NCBI GenBank assembly: GCA_963733295.1
Contig: CAVTCS010000003.1
Coordinates: forward strand, 544,001-608,000
Length of the DNA: 64,000 bases
Source of the DNA: Vulcanimicrobiota bacterium
GTDB taxonomy: Bacteria; Vulcanimicrobiota; Vulcanimicrobiia; Vulcanimicrobiales; Vulcanimicrobiaceae
Direction: 5' to 3'
The position numbers were made by a program, and so were the translations under genes. Below the pieces are notes generated by a model. It did no database searches. It was not told the origin of the DNA and was given only the letters and a program-made list of their open reading frames with translations. Shown one piece after another: positions 28,661 through 37,175 of the stretch. Numbering within the stretch: the first letter of the stretch is position 1; each line of letters opens with the position of its first letter.

Positions 28661-28861
28661 GTGACGATACTCCTCGTCGCCGCCTCAGCAGCGGCCGCTC
28701 CGACTCCGGAACCCTATCCGGTGAGCGCGATCTCGCGCGACGGGCACAACGATTTTAGGTTTGAGTTTGGCAGCTGGCGCACGCATTACCGGTTGCTCAA
28801 AGACCGGCTATCTAAGCTCGTCGAGTACGAGCTCCGAAGAGAATTCGACGAAACTGCCTAA
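28661..28861 (+). pseudogene. N-terminal fragment of the DUF1579-like protein (copy of 25521-26606)
   Basis: RDGHNDFRFEFGSWRTHYRLLKDRL matches RDGRNDFNFAYGTWRTHYRILKDRL, then homology stops near 28810. Confidence 0.85.
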
Positions 28862-28891
28862 ATCAACGGTCCACGAAATCGGGACAACTCC

Positions 28892-28999
28892 AGCTCTCCC
28901 GTCGTGACACTCTCAGTTTACGCCCGCTCGATCGAGGGCCTCAGGCGACAGGCGGTCAACGAGCTGGCTCGTTCGCTCCTGGTCCCGGCGAGGGGCTAA
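28892..28999 (+). pseudogene. C-terminal remnant of a tyrosine recombinase/integrase
   Basis: Read by hand: SSPVVTLSVYARSIEGLRRQAVNELARSLLVPARG*, resembling the (LGH)SSxxxTLxVY(AH) box II with the catalytic Tyr. Confidence 0.65.
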
Positions 29000-29005
29000 G
29001 TTTAC

Positions 29006-29054
29006 GTTAGCAAATGTTAACAAATGGCTCTGCTAGACGTTCTCCGTTAGCAAG
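29006..29054 (+). repeat. Arm-type-like direct repeats
   Basis: GTTAGCAAAT (29006), GTTAACAAAT (29016), GTTAGCAAG (29046). Confidence 0.65.
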
Positions 29055-29098
29055 CCCATTTGCGGAAACCGCAATAAACATCGACGTTAGGGACACTT

Positions 29099-29186
29099 GG
29101 AGAGGTGGCAGAGTGGTTGAATGCGGCGGTCTTGAAAACCGCAGACGGTGATGAATCGTCCGTGGGTTCGAATCCCACCCTCTCCT
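29099..29186 (+). tRNA. tRNA-Ser (anticodon TGA)
   Basis: Acceptor GGAGAGG/CCTCTCC; anticodon arm GCGGT-CTTGAAA-ACCGC; long variable arm GACGG/TCGTC; T arm GTGGG-TTCGAAT-CCCAC; CCA not encoded. Confidence 0.95.
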
Positions 29187-29244
29187 GGACTCCTCTGGGA
29201 TAATACATAACGCCGGGCAAAAGTGCGCCCCCCTCCCGACGGGC

Positions 29245-29280
29245 TCGGATCGGCGGCATGAATCGGATCGGCAGCATGAA
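29245..29280 (+). repeat. 18-bp tandem duplication
   Basis: TCGGATCGGCGGCATGAA / TCGGATCGGCAGCATGAA. Confidence 0.8.
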
Positions 29281-29335
29281 TACGAAAGAATCGGAATAAG
29301 CGAGTGAGCACTGTTTGTCGGAATGGGAGTCGTCA

Positions 29336-29778
29336 ATGAGCGTACAAGTCGAACAGAAGAGCTATGAGATGCCTCCGCGGGAGGTTTCACCCTCACGCAT
29401 TTTCTTACTGTCGCCGACATCGAGCGATCGGCTCGCTACTACGAAAAGGTCTTTGGCGGCCGCATTCTGAGCCTGGGCGACAGCAAGGGCGCGTCTGGGC
29501 ACATTCAGATCGCGAATACGTGGCTCATTGTCAACGTCGGGGGCGGGCCCACCCCGGACAAGCCGACGGTAACGCTCAGCGTCCTCGCCGACCCGGATAA
29601 GATCAGCAGCTTTATGAATATCCGCGTTGCGGATATTCAAGCGTGCTATGAACTATGGAAGAGTCGAGGGGCCGAGTTCATCACGGAGCCGATTCCCAAG
29701 TACGGCGAGATTCGCTGCTACATCCGCGATCCTGACGGTTATATTATCGAGGTCGGACAGAGCACAGACCTCACATAG
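29336..29778 (+). pseudogene. Frameshifted VOC/glyoxalase gene (paralogue of 30856-31308)
   Basis: One base missing near 29384; otherwise colinear (NTWL..N.GGGPTPDKP, SFMNIRVADI, RDPDGYIIEVGQ). Confidence 0.85.
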
Positions 29779-29781
29779 CTG

Positions 29782-29970
29782 GTTACCGTACCAGTGGGAG
29801 TAAGCGCGTTCCCGTACGAACTCTACCAAGCGCCACGCAGCTGGTCTCAAAAAGCGTAACCAAAGCTTATCTACTACAAGAAGCACGACATTGGCGGCCA
29901 CTTTGCAGCGTGGGAGCAACCGCAACTCCTTTCCGAAGACGTTCTCGGGACGTTCCGGTCTGTGCGCTAA
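29782..29970 (+). pseudogene. C-terminal fragment of a microsomal-type epoxide hydrolase
   Basis: VPVGVSAFPYEL..PRSW..GGHFAAWEQP with an in-frame TAA at 29857. Confidence 0.75.
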
Positions 29971-29997
29971 ACAAAACAAGACAATAAGGAGCTGAGC

Positions 29998-30759
29998 ATG
30001 AGGCGCCTCTCGATCTTCGCGCTTTCTCTATTGGTTGTTCCGTCGGGAGCGTTCAGCGCGCGCGCTGCGACGCCGGTGAAGAACATCGTCTTGGTACACG
30101 GCGCCTTCGCAGATGGATCGAGTTGGTCCAAAGTGATCCCGCTACTTCAGGCCAAGGGCTATAACGTCATCGCCGTTCAGAATCCGCTTTCATCGCTTGC
30201 CGATGATGTCGCCGCAACGAAGCGCGCGCTTGCGCAGATGAACGGTCCCTTGATCCTCGTCGGACATTCCTGGGCGGGAATGGTCATCAGCGAAGCGGGA
30301 AATGATCCCAAAGTCGCCGGCTTGGTGTATATCTCCGCACTCGTACCGAAAGACGGTCAGTCCGCGGCCGATACGACCAAGGGATATCCCACTGCTCCGG
30401 GCTCTGCAGAAGGTAAACCGGATGCTGCGGGCTACCTGAGCCTCACGCGCAAGGGCGTTGACGAGGATTTTGTTCCCGAACTGCCGGCCGTCGAGCGTGG
30501 GATCGTGTATGCAACGCAGGGGCCGTGGAACTCCGCGGCTCTATCGGAGAAGGTTCTGAATCCGGCGTGGGAGTCGAAGCCGTCCTGGCTGATCGCGGAC
30601 GCCAACGATCGCATGGTCCCACCCCAGTATGAACGAGACACCGCAAGACAAATTCATGCGACGTTGACGGTCCTTCCAGCTGGCCACGTTCCTATGCTCT
30701 CGATGCCGGATCGCGTTGCGGCCGTGATTATCGACGCTGCCAACTCCTCGGTGAAATAA
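29998..30759 (+). CDS. Secreted alpha/beta hydrolase
   Basis: Signal peptide; VLVHGAFADGSSW, GHSWAG, D.MVP, GHVP. Confidence 0.9.
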   Translation: MRRLSIFALSLLVVPSGAFSARAATPVKNIVLVHGAFADGSSWSKVIPLLQAKGYNVIAVQNPLSSLADDVAATKRALAQMNGPLILVGHSWAGMVISEAGNDPKVAGLVYISALVPKDGQSAADTTKGYPTAPGSAEGKPDAAGYLSLTRKGVDEDFVPELPAVERGIVYATQGPWNSAALSEKVLNPAWESKPSWLIADANDRMVPPQYERDTARQIHATLTVLPAGHVPMLSMPDRVAAVIIDAANSSVK

Positions 30760-30855
30760 GGCGAACGAACGTTCGCGCGAGCTTCCGATCGGTTCGGACA
30801 CGGAACGCATAGCCGCCGTGGTAACCGGGACATAGTACTACGATTGGAGAGATCT

Positions 30856-31308
30856 ATGGACGAAGTACAAGTCGAGCAATCGAGCTATCAGATGCCCCCG
30901 CGCGAAGGGTTTACTATCGCGCACTTTCTCACCGTGGCCGACCTCAAGCGATCCGCCGAATTCTACAAAACGGTCTTCGGCGGACAAATTGTGAGCACGG
31001 GCGACGGAGACGCACCCCCGTACATCAAAATCGCCAACACGTGGCTGATTATCAACCTCGGCGGCGGTCCGACACCCGACAAACCGACGGTGACGCTCCG
31101 GGCCCCTCCCGATCCCAATGAGATCAGTAGCTTCATGAACATCCGCGTTGCGGACATTCAAGCATGCTACGAGCTATGGAAGAGTCGGGGAGCGACGTTT
31201 CTCACGGAACCTCTTGAAAAGTACGGTGAGACACGATGCTACATCCGCGATCCTGACGGTTACATCATCGAAGTCGGGCAAAGCAAACCTGGCTTCGCTT
31301 ATGGCTAG
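30856..31308 (+). CDS. VOC/glyoxalase family protein
   Basis: H.LTVADL..S..FY..VFG and RDPDGYIIE; GGAG RBS. Confidence 0.9.
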   Translation: MDEVQVEQSSYQMPPREGFTIAHFLTVADLKRSAEFYKTVFGGQIVSTGDGDAPPYIKIANTWLIINLGGGPTPDKPTVTLRAPPDPNEISSFMNIRVADIQACYELWKSRGATFLTEPLEKYGETRCYIRDPDGYIIEVGQSKPGFAYG

Positions 31309-31482
31309 CCTGGATCGCGAAATCATAAGCGAGTAAGGCTATTAGGCACGGCTCATCCTTTAGATAGACGCGCCGCGATCGGGCCCAGCAGCCGCTGAGC
31401 GCCGCCGGCCGAGTTCTTTGCCGACAGCTTCCACCGCTCACACGGCGTACGTTGACCGGGCAGCAGGGTGGCGACGAGAGCC

Positions 31483-33417
31483 TCAGTAGCGGCCCGTATC
31501 GATTAACCTCGATTGGGGGGCGTGAGCTTCGCGGGGTGCGAGCATTCGTGTCGAGTTAAGGATGAACGTGAGTTCTGACGTCACGTGGATGAAGGCGGCA
31601 AAGAGCGGGTTCAGAAACCCGAGTGCCGCCAGCAGAATTCCCAGACTATCGACCGCGATCGTTCCGACGAAATTCTGCATTACGATTGCTTTCGTGTGCC
31701 GCGCGATGCGTAAGGTTTCCACGAATCGCGAAAGATCGTTTCCCAGCAGCACGACGTCGGCACTCTCGCGAGCCACGTCAGTCCCGGAGCCCATTGCCAC
31801 TCCGACCGTCGCGCGGGTGAGCGCCGGCGCGTCGTTTACGCCGTCTCCGACCATCGCGACGATTCTACCGGCGTCGACGAGGTTGCCGACGTACTCGCTT
31901 TTCTCCTCGGGTAAGAGCTCGGCGACGACCTCTCCAACGTTCAGCGCGCGTCCGACAGCGGTCGCGACGCGTTCATTGTCGCCGGTCAGAAGAACCGTAC
32001 GGATCGACATCGCGTTCAGATCGGCGACGGCTGCTGCAGCCTCAGGCCGAAGCGCGTCCGCGATAGCGATCGTTCCGAGATACTTCGTCCCGTAAGCAAC
32101 GTGGACAAGCGTCGCGGCGGCGTCCGATGTTTCGCTCGTTGCGATGCCTTCATCGTTGAGAAGTGCCGCGTTGCCCACGAGGATAGTCTCGCCTTCGAAG
32201 AAGGCTCGAATACCGCGGCCCGGCGTGTATGAGAAGTCTTTGGGTTCTGCGATTGCGGCACCCAGAGACTCGGCATACGCAACGATCGCCGTCCCCAGGG
32301 GATGCTCGGATCTCCGCTCCGCGATTGCAGCGATGCTCAGGAGTCGCTCAGGCGGGACTCCGAAGGACGGATTGAGCGAGCGAACCTCGGGCTTACCGAG
32401 CGTAAGGGTTCCCGTCTTGTCGAAGATGACCGTATCGACTGCGGCGAGCGCTTCAAGATATCGGCCGCCCTTGACGATCGCGCCGGCACGGGCTGCTCGG
32501 CCAACGGCGCCCAGGACCGCCAGCGGCGTTCCCGCAGCTATTCCACACGCTCCCGCGACAATGATGACCGAAATCGTCGCAACGATATTGCGTGTGATCA
32601 GATACGTCAGAAGGGCCGCGGCGAGCGCGAAGTAGACGAGATAACCTGAGAGGCGATCGGCGAGGCGTTCGATAGGGGCACGAGACTTTTCGGCGGACTC
32701 GACGGCGACGATAATGCGGCCGAAGCTCGTGTCGCGCCCGAGGCGCTCGGCGCGGATCTCTAGAGCGCCGCGCTGATTTACCGTGCCGGCGTAGGCGATC
32801 GAACCGACCACCTTTTCGGCAGGCATCGATTCTCCGGTAATGCGCGCTTCATCGACGAACGAGGTGCCGGCGATTACCTCGCCGTCGACCGGCACAAGAG
32901 CTCCTGGATTTACCAGCACCGCCTCTCCGACGGCGAGCTCGCCGGCGGGAACCTCCGCGATTACACCCTTGCGACGGACGAGTGCCGTCCTCGGCAAATA
33001 CCGAAGCAAATCACCGATCGCCTCACGGCCGCGCGAAACCGTAAGATGTTCGAGGATCTCGGCGGCCAGCACAAACGCGGTGATGACGAGCGCGGTAAAG
33101 TCTTGCCCGATCGAGAGCGCCGCGACCAGCGCGATCGTCATCGAGAGCTCCATCGTCATTCGACGCTCGACGATGTTCTCGAAGGCCTCTTTGAAGATCG
33201 GGTAGCCCCCGATCAGTGTCGCCAAGATTCCTATGACGCTGACGTGTGCAAATGGCTCCCAAACGCGAAACCACACGGCAGCGGCGGCGAGGGCGACGAA
33301 GGCCACGCGGAGCAGGTCAACCCGATCGATCTCAAAGTGGCCGGCGGCCTCGTGGTCGTCTTGCGCACCCGCGGGCGTCAGAATACTCTCGGCGTCACGC
33401 TCGACGTCTTCGATCAC
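31483..33417 (-). CDS. Heavy-metal P1B-type ATPase with a non-canonical ACG membrane motif
   Basis: TGES, DKTGT, SEHP, GDGVNDAP; IIVAGACGIAAGTP in place of CPx. Confidence 0.92.
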   Translation of the reverse strand: MIEDVERDAESILTPAGAQDDHEAAGHFEIDRVDLLRVAFVALAAAAVWFRVWEPFAHVSVIGILATLIGGYPIFKEAFENIVERRMTMELSMTIALVAALSIGQDFTALVITAFVLAAEILEHLTVSRGREAIGDLLRYLPRTALVRRKGVIAEVPAGELAVGEAVLVNPGALVPVDGEVIAGTSFVDEARITGESMPAEKVVGSIAYAGTVNQRGALEIRAERLGRDTSFGRIIVAVESAEKSRAPIERLADRLSGYLVYFALAAALLTYLITRNIVATISVIIVAGACGIAAGTPLAVLGAVGRAARAGAIVKGGRYLEALAAVDTVIFDKTGTLTLGKPEVRSLNPSFGVPPERLLSIAAIAERRSEHPLGTAIVAYAESLGAAIAEPKDFSYTPGRGIRAFFEGETILVGNAALLNDEGIATSETSDAAATLVHVAYGTKYLGTIAIADALRPEAAAAVADLNAMSIRTVLLTGDNERVATAVGRALNVGEVVAELLPEEKSEYVGNLVDAGRIVAMVGDGVNDAPALTRATVGVAMGSGTDVARESADVVLLGNDLSRFVETLRIARHTKAIVMQNFVGTIAVDSLGILLAALGFLNPLFAAFIHVTSELTFILNSTRMLAPREAHAPQSRLIDTGRY

Positions 33418-33686
33418 TTCAGATAGGCCCTGACTACGTCGACAAGTTCGCCGGCGGCCTCATCGCGGGCGCGCGACGTCGGCCCGTTGAGAACGTGCGA
33501 AACGACGTGCTGCTCGAGCACTTCAGCCATGAGCCCGTTCATCGCGCCACGCGCGCCGGCTATGAGCTGGAGAGTCTCACCGCACTCATTCTCCGCCTCG
33601 AGGGCACGCTCGATTGCCTCGCATTGGCCCTTGATGCGGCGAACCCGAGCAAGCAGCTTCGCCTTGTCCCGAATGGTATGACTCAT
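33414..33686 (-). CDS. rcnR: RcnR-like (CsoR/RcnR/FrmR family) metal-sensing repressor
   Basis: MSHTIRDK start; His3, Cys35, His60, His64 fingerprint. Confidence 0.8.
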   Translation of the reverse strand: MSHTIRDKAKLLARVRRIKGQCEAIERALEAENECGETLQLIAGARGAMNGLMAEVLEQHVVSHVLNGPTSRARDEAAGELVDVVRAYLK

Positions 33687-33710
33687 CCATGAGTCGTACG
33701 CCCTCGGGTA

Positions 33711-33731
33711 ATATAGTCCCCTAGGCTATAT
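33711..33731. promoter_or_regulatory. Putative RcnR/CsoR operator
   Basis: ATATAG-TCCCCTAGG-CTATAT: AT-rich IR around a C-tract, 24 nt upstream of the repressor start. Confidence 0.65.
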
Positions 33732-33766
33732 GTCTTGGATCCCGTAATCGTCCGCCTGCCGCTCGT

Positions 33767-34186
33767 TCAAAGCGTTGGACGACACGGGAAGTTCATCGAA
33801 CTCACACGATTCGGATACGGGAAATTCTGATCGAGAACGGTGTAGGTAACCTTGGCATATGCAACGTCACCGTTGGGACACCGTTGACTCCCTGAGGCGG
33901 TCAGGCTCACTTTGTAACTGTGGAAGTGCCCGGCCGCGCAATTTGGGTTGCAGTCGTTTTGCTCGAGAGTGCCCGCGGCAGCGGCGGTGGATGCGCCCCA
34001 CTTCGTCCATTTCAACTTGACGGCGAGAATGCCGCCGTCGGCACAGGCGAACACAACTTCTGCCGGCCGGCTCTGTGGCGTACCGACGCAATTTGGCAGC
34101 ATTGTCGGTAAGCTAGTGCCGGCTTTCGACGGGGCTGTCGACGTAAGTAGAAGCGCGGCGATAGAACCCAATACGAGAGTGCGCAT
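33767..34186 (-). CDS. Secreted Cys-containing hypothetical protein
   Basis: Signal peptide; ACADG..LKWTKWG..NDCNPNCAAG. Confidence 0.7.
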   Translation of the reverse strand: MRTLVLGSIAALLLTSTAPSKAGTSLPTMLPNCVGTPQSRPAEVVFACADGGILAVKLKWTKWGASTAAAAGTLEQNDCNPNCAAGHFHSYKVSLTASGSQRCPNGDVAYAKVTYTVLDQNFPYPNRVSSMNFPCRPTL

Positions 34187-34290
34187 AGCATATTCCCTTG
34201 GAGATTACCTTGGGCGAATACGTCCGGCCCTTCGGTACCTTCCAAGGATCGCCTCGTCCGGGCGGGGCGTAGAGGGATTCGCGCCGGCGA

Positions 34291-34947
34291 TTACGGTTTC
34301 ACGAGCGGGTTCTTATAGGCGAACGCTCCGTCGGGGTTCGGTTTTATCCAGATGATGAGGTCCCACACCGCCGGGAAGTTGAACACGGTGACGACCTCCG
34401 AGGCGCTCTTGACCTTTCCGAGTTTGACGAGCGTCGCGGCGCTCGGATCCTCCAAGCTTCCGCCCGCCGCCAGCCAGTCGTCGTCAGCGACGTATAGATC
34501 GTACACGAGTTTGCCGTCGGGCTTCCTCGTCACGAAATGCATGTGACGGTCGAATTCCCACCACCGCCCAGGGTTGATGCCCCACAAACTGGGTGGCGTG
34601 TTTCCGGTCTTGAGGCGCGAAAAGTCGGCGCCGAGAAGCTGTCCGTGCTTGTCATACCAAAGCTGACTCGGATGATTGGCGTCGCTCGACTGCCATTGGC
34701 GGTTAGCGTAGCTGATGGCGCCCGAGTCGTCTTCGCTCGTGTAACGAACGTAGCCGGCCTTCTCGGCATCGCTCGCCGAAGCGAAACGCGGCCCCAAATC
34801 CGCTTGCGCTGCGGCAACGAAGGCCTTTTCGGAGGCGCTGAGCGGACCCCGAAAGGTCGGCTCGCGAAACGAAGGGTTCTCGTTTGCCAAAACGTCGCCG
34901 GCACTCGCCACTGCGAACAAGATCAGCGCTAGAAAAAGCCGTTTCAT
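34291..34947 (-). CDS. Secreted hypothetical protein
   Basis: AGGAGG RBS, signal peptide; AEKAGY..PSQLWYD..LLGADF..NPDG.F. Confidence 0.7.
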   Translation of the reverse strand: MKRLFLALILFAVASAGDVLANENPSFREPTFRGPLSASEKAFVAAAQADLGPRFASASDAEKAGYVRYTSEDDSGAISYANRQWQSSDANHPSQLWYDKHGQLLGADFSRLKTGNTPPSLWGINPGRWWEFDRHMHFVTRKPDGKLVYDLYVADDDWLAAGGSLEDPSAATLVKLGKVKSASEVVTVFNFPAVWDLIIWIKPNPDGAFAYKNPLVKP

Positions 34948-35097
34948 GGGTCCTCCTTTGAGGCTCTCTTCCATCCCGCGAACGCAACATTCAGCTTTTT
35001 GTTTATCCGTCACCTCCGACGGAGTCAGCGGCCGGCATCATCTTGGCGAGCGTGCCGGGAGAGGGGCGCAGTTTTGCCGGGCACTATCTAAGTTTCG

Positions 35098-35778
35098 ATG
35101 ATTCCCGCATGGCTCCACGCGCTCGCCGTCGTTGCATTATTGGGCGCATTCGTCAGCGCGCTGATCCTTGTCGTCGACATCGTCCGCCGCCCGCAGCCGA
35201 TGGGCGTCATGAATTTCGTGTGGCCCATCACCGCGCTCTATCTGGGTCCGGTTGCCGTGTGGTGGTATTGGGCGCTCGGGCGACCCGGACCCGAACCGGC
35301 TCCCGAACACGCACACCGCGCCGTCTCGCCGCGTCCCTTCTGGAAAACGATCGTCGTTGAGGCGACGCATTGCGGAGCCGGTTGCGTGCTGGGGGACATC
35401 GTTGCCGAGTTTGCAACTTTCTTTAGCGCCGCCACCATCGCCGGATCGGTGCTGTTCGCAGAATATGCCGGTGATTTCGTCCTCGCATTTACGTTCGGAG
35501 TGGCTTTTCAGTATTTCGCGATTGCGCCGATGCGAGGACTCGCGCTCCTTCCCGGTATCAAGGCCGCGGTTCAGGCCGATGCGATCTCCCTCACGGCGTT
35601 TGAGATCGGGCTCTTTGTTTGGATGTTCCTCATGACGCGTCTACCCTTTCACGAGGCGCTGAATCCGCTCCAGCCGAGTTTCTGGTTTCTCATGCAGCTC
35701 GGCATGATCGCCGGATATGCGACGTCGTATCCGGCAAATTGGTTTTTGGTTCGCGTCGGAATCAAACAGGCGATGTGA
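35098..35778 (+). CDS. DUF4396 membrane protein
   Basis: HCGAGCVLGD, FQYFAIAPM, FWFLMQ, TSYPANW. Confidence 0.85.
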   Translation: MIPAWLHALAVVALLGAFVSALILVVDIVRRPQPMGVMNFVWPITALYLGPVAVWWYWALGRPGPEPAPEHAHRAVSPRPFWKTIVVEATHCGAGCVLGDIVAEFATFFSAATIAGSVLFAEYAGDFVLAFTFGVAFQYFAIAPMRGLALLPGIKAAVQADAISLTAFEIGLFVWMFLMTRLPFHEALNPLQPSFWFLMQLGMIAGYATSYPANWFLVRVGIKQAM

Positions 35779-35795
35779 GACGATCCTCTGGCCCC

Positions 35796-37013
35796 TTAGA
35801 AAGGCGACGCCGGCTGCTCGTCCGGGTCGACTGGGTTTTCTCCTAACAGAAAGCCGTACACCGCGCGTTCGAAGTCGCCATAGAGACGCACCGCCTCGGG
35901 ATCGCAGAAGGGTATGATCTGCGTAAGGATGACGCCGCCGACATTCTTGGCCGGGTCAAGCCAATAGTACGAGTTGGCGAGTCCTCCCCACGCGAGACTC
36001 CCCGCGCTGCGGCCGCCGGGAACTGCTTCGGAATTGACGATAAAGCTGAGACCCCAGCCGGCTTTCATGCCCGGGAAGACATCGACATCATTGGAGTACT
36101 GCGGCATGGCCGTCTTAAGCACACCTGCATTGAGATCGCCGATGTGGTTTTGCATCATCGCCGCAACGGTCTCGGGTTTGAGAATGCGAGCGCCGGCGAG
36201 TTCGCCGTCGCGCAGGAGCATTCGAAGGAAGAGGATGTAGTCGGGCGCCGTTCCGTAGAGTCCGCCGCCGCCCATCTCGAATTCGGGCTCTTGCTCGACT
36301 TCAAACGACGTCGGAACCAGTCCGTCGGGCGTGCGCGCGTGCATACCGGATAGGCGCCGGCGCTGAGCGGGCCCGATGCGGAACACCGTATCGCGCATGC
36401 CGAGCGGTCCGAGGATGTTGTCGTGCAGGTAAGCGCCGAGCTTCTGGCCTGACACAGCCTCGACGGCCTTGCCGGCCCAATCGATGCCGATCCCGTAATG
36501 CCAAGCGCTTCCCGGTTCGAAAAGAAGAGGCAGCGACAACGCGGCTTCTTGGCATGAGATGACGCTTGGCGTGCCCGTGTGCTCGAGATAGGCTAGCAGC
36601 TGCTCGCTCCAAATCTCATAACCGAAGCCGGCGGTGTGAGTGAGCAAGCGGCGCAAAGTAATAGGCTGCGTAGCGGGCCGAAGTTTCGGCGTCCCGTCGG
36701 TTTCGAAGCCTTCGAGGATGTTCGGCTTGGCGAGCGCGGGTAAGACGTCGCCGATCGGGCGGTCGAGATCGAGTTTACCTCGTTCCACGAGTTGCATTGC
36801 AGCCACCGCGGTGATCGCTTTGCTCATCGACGCGATCCAGACGACGGTGTCGGTCGTCATCGGATCGTCCCGATCGATGCTGCGCTTGCCGAACGCACCT
36901 TCATAAAGGGTCCCAAGGCCCGTGGCCGCAGCTCCCACGACCCCCGGTACGCGGCCCGCTTCGACGGCCTCGGAAAGGACCGCGTCGATACCGGGCTGGA
37001 CGTGGGTCTGCAT
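35796..37013 (-). CDS. Serine hydrolase (beta-lactamase class C/EstB-like)
   Basis: SxxK (SMSK), LLTHTAG, WHYG, WGG. Confidence 0.9.
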   Translation of the reverse strand: MQTHVQPGIDAVLSEAVEAGRVPGVVGAAATGLGTLYEGAFGKRSIDRDDPMTTDTVVWIASMSKAITAVAAMQLVERGKLDLDRPIGDVLPALAKPNILEGFETDGTPKLRPATQPITLRRLLTHTAGFGYEIWSEQLLAYLEHTGTPSVISCQEAALSLPLLFEPGSAWHYGIGIDWAGKAVEAVSGQKLGAYLHDNILGPLGMRDTVFRIGPAQRRRLSGMHARTPDGLVPTSFEVEQEPEFEMGGGGLYGTAPDYILFLRMLLRDGELAGARILKPETVAAMMQNHIGDLNAGVLKTAMPQYSNDVDVFPGMKAGWGLSFIVNSEAVPGGRSAGSLAWGGLANSYYWLDPAKNVGGVILTQIIPFCDPEAVRLYGDFERAVYGFLLGENPVDPDEQPASPF

Positions 37014-37175
37014 AGTTTCGTCCTCACTTTTTATGAACGGAGCCCCAACTTTCCGAAGCGGTTCGCGAAATTCATCTCCGCGGACGCGACGACGGCACGC
37101 TGTCGTTTCGGGATAATCACCACGTTGGGCCGGTGTTACGCTCGAAGCGTTGCCCGGTCACGAGGAGTAAGAGAG

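Larger units (their letters stand above)
24466..29137. mobile_element. Decayed tyrosine-integrase island inserted in the tRNA-Ser anticodon loop
   Basis: Flanked by direct repeats of the tRNA 5' half; integrase C-terminal remnant and arm-like repeats at the right end; pseudogene-rich cargo. Confidence 0.7.

Noticed and set aside
24505..29137. Group I intron in the tRNA anticodon loop
   Set aside because: The junction follows A, not U; no recognisable P7/catalytic core; the downstream tRNA is already complete.
29099..29230. tRNA body inverted between its acceptor-stem arms (a TATTAT box lies on the minus strand just downstream)
   Set aside because: The duplicated fragment at 24466 is a same-strand 5' half, which fits anticodon-loop integration without invoking inversion.
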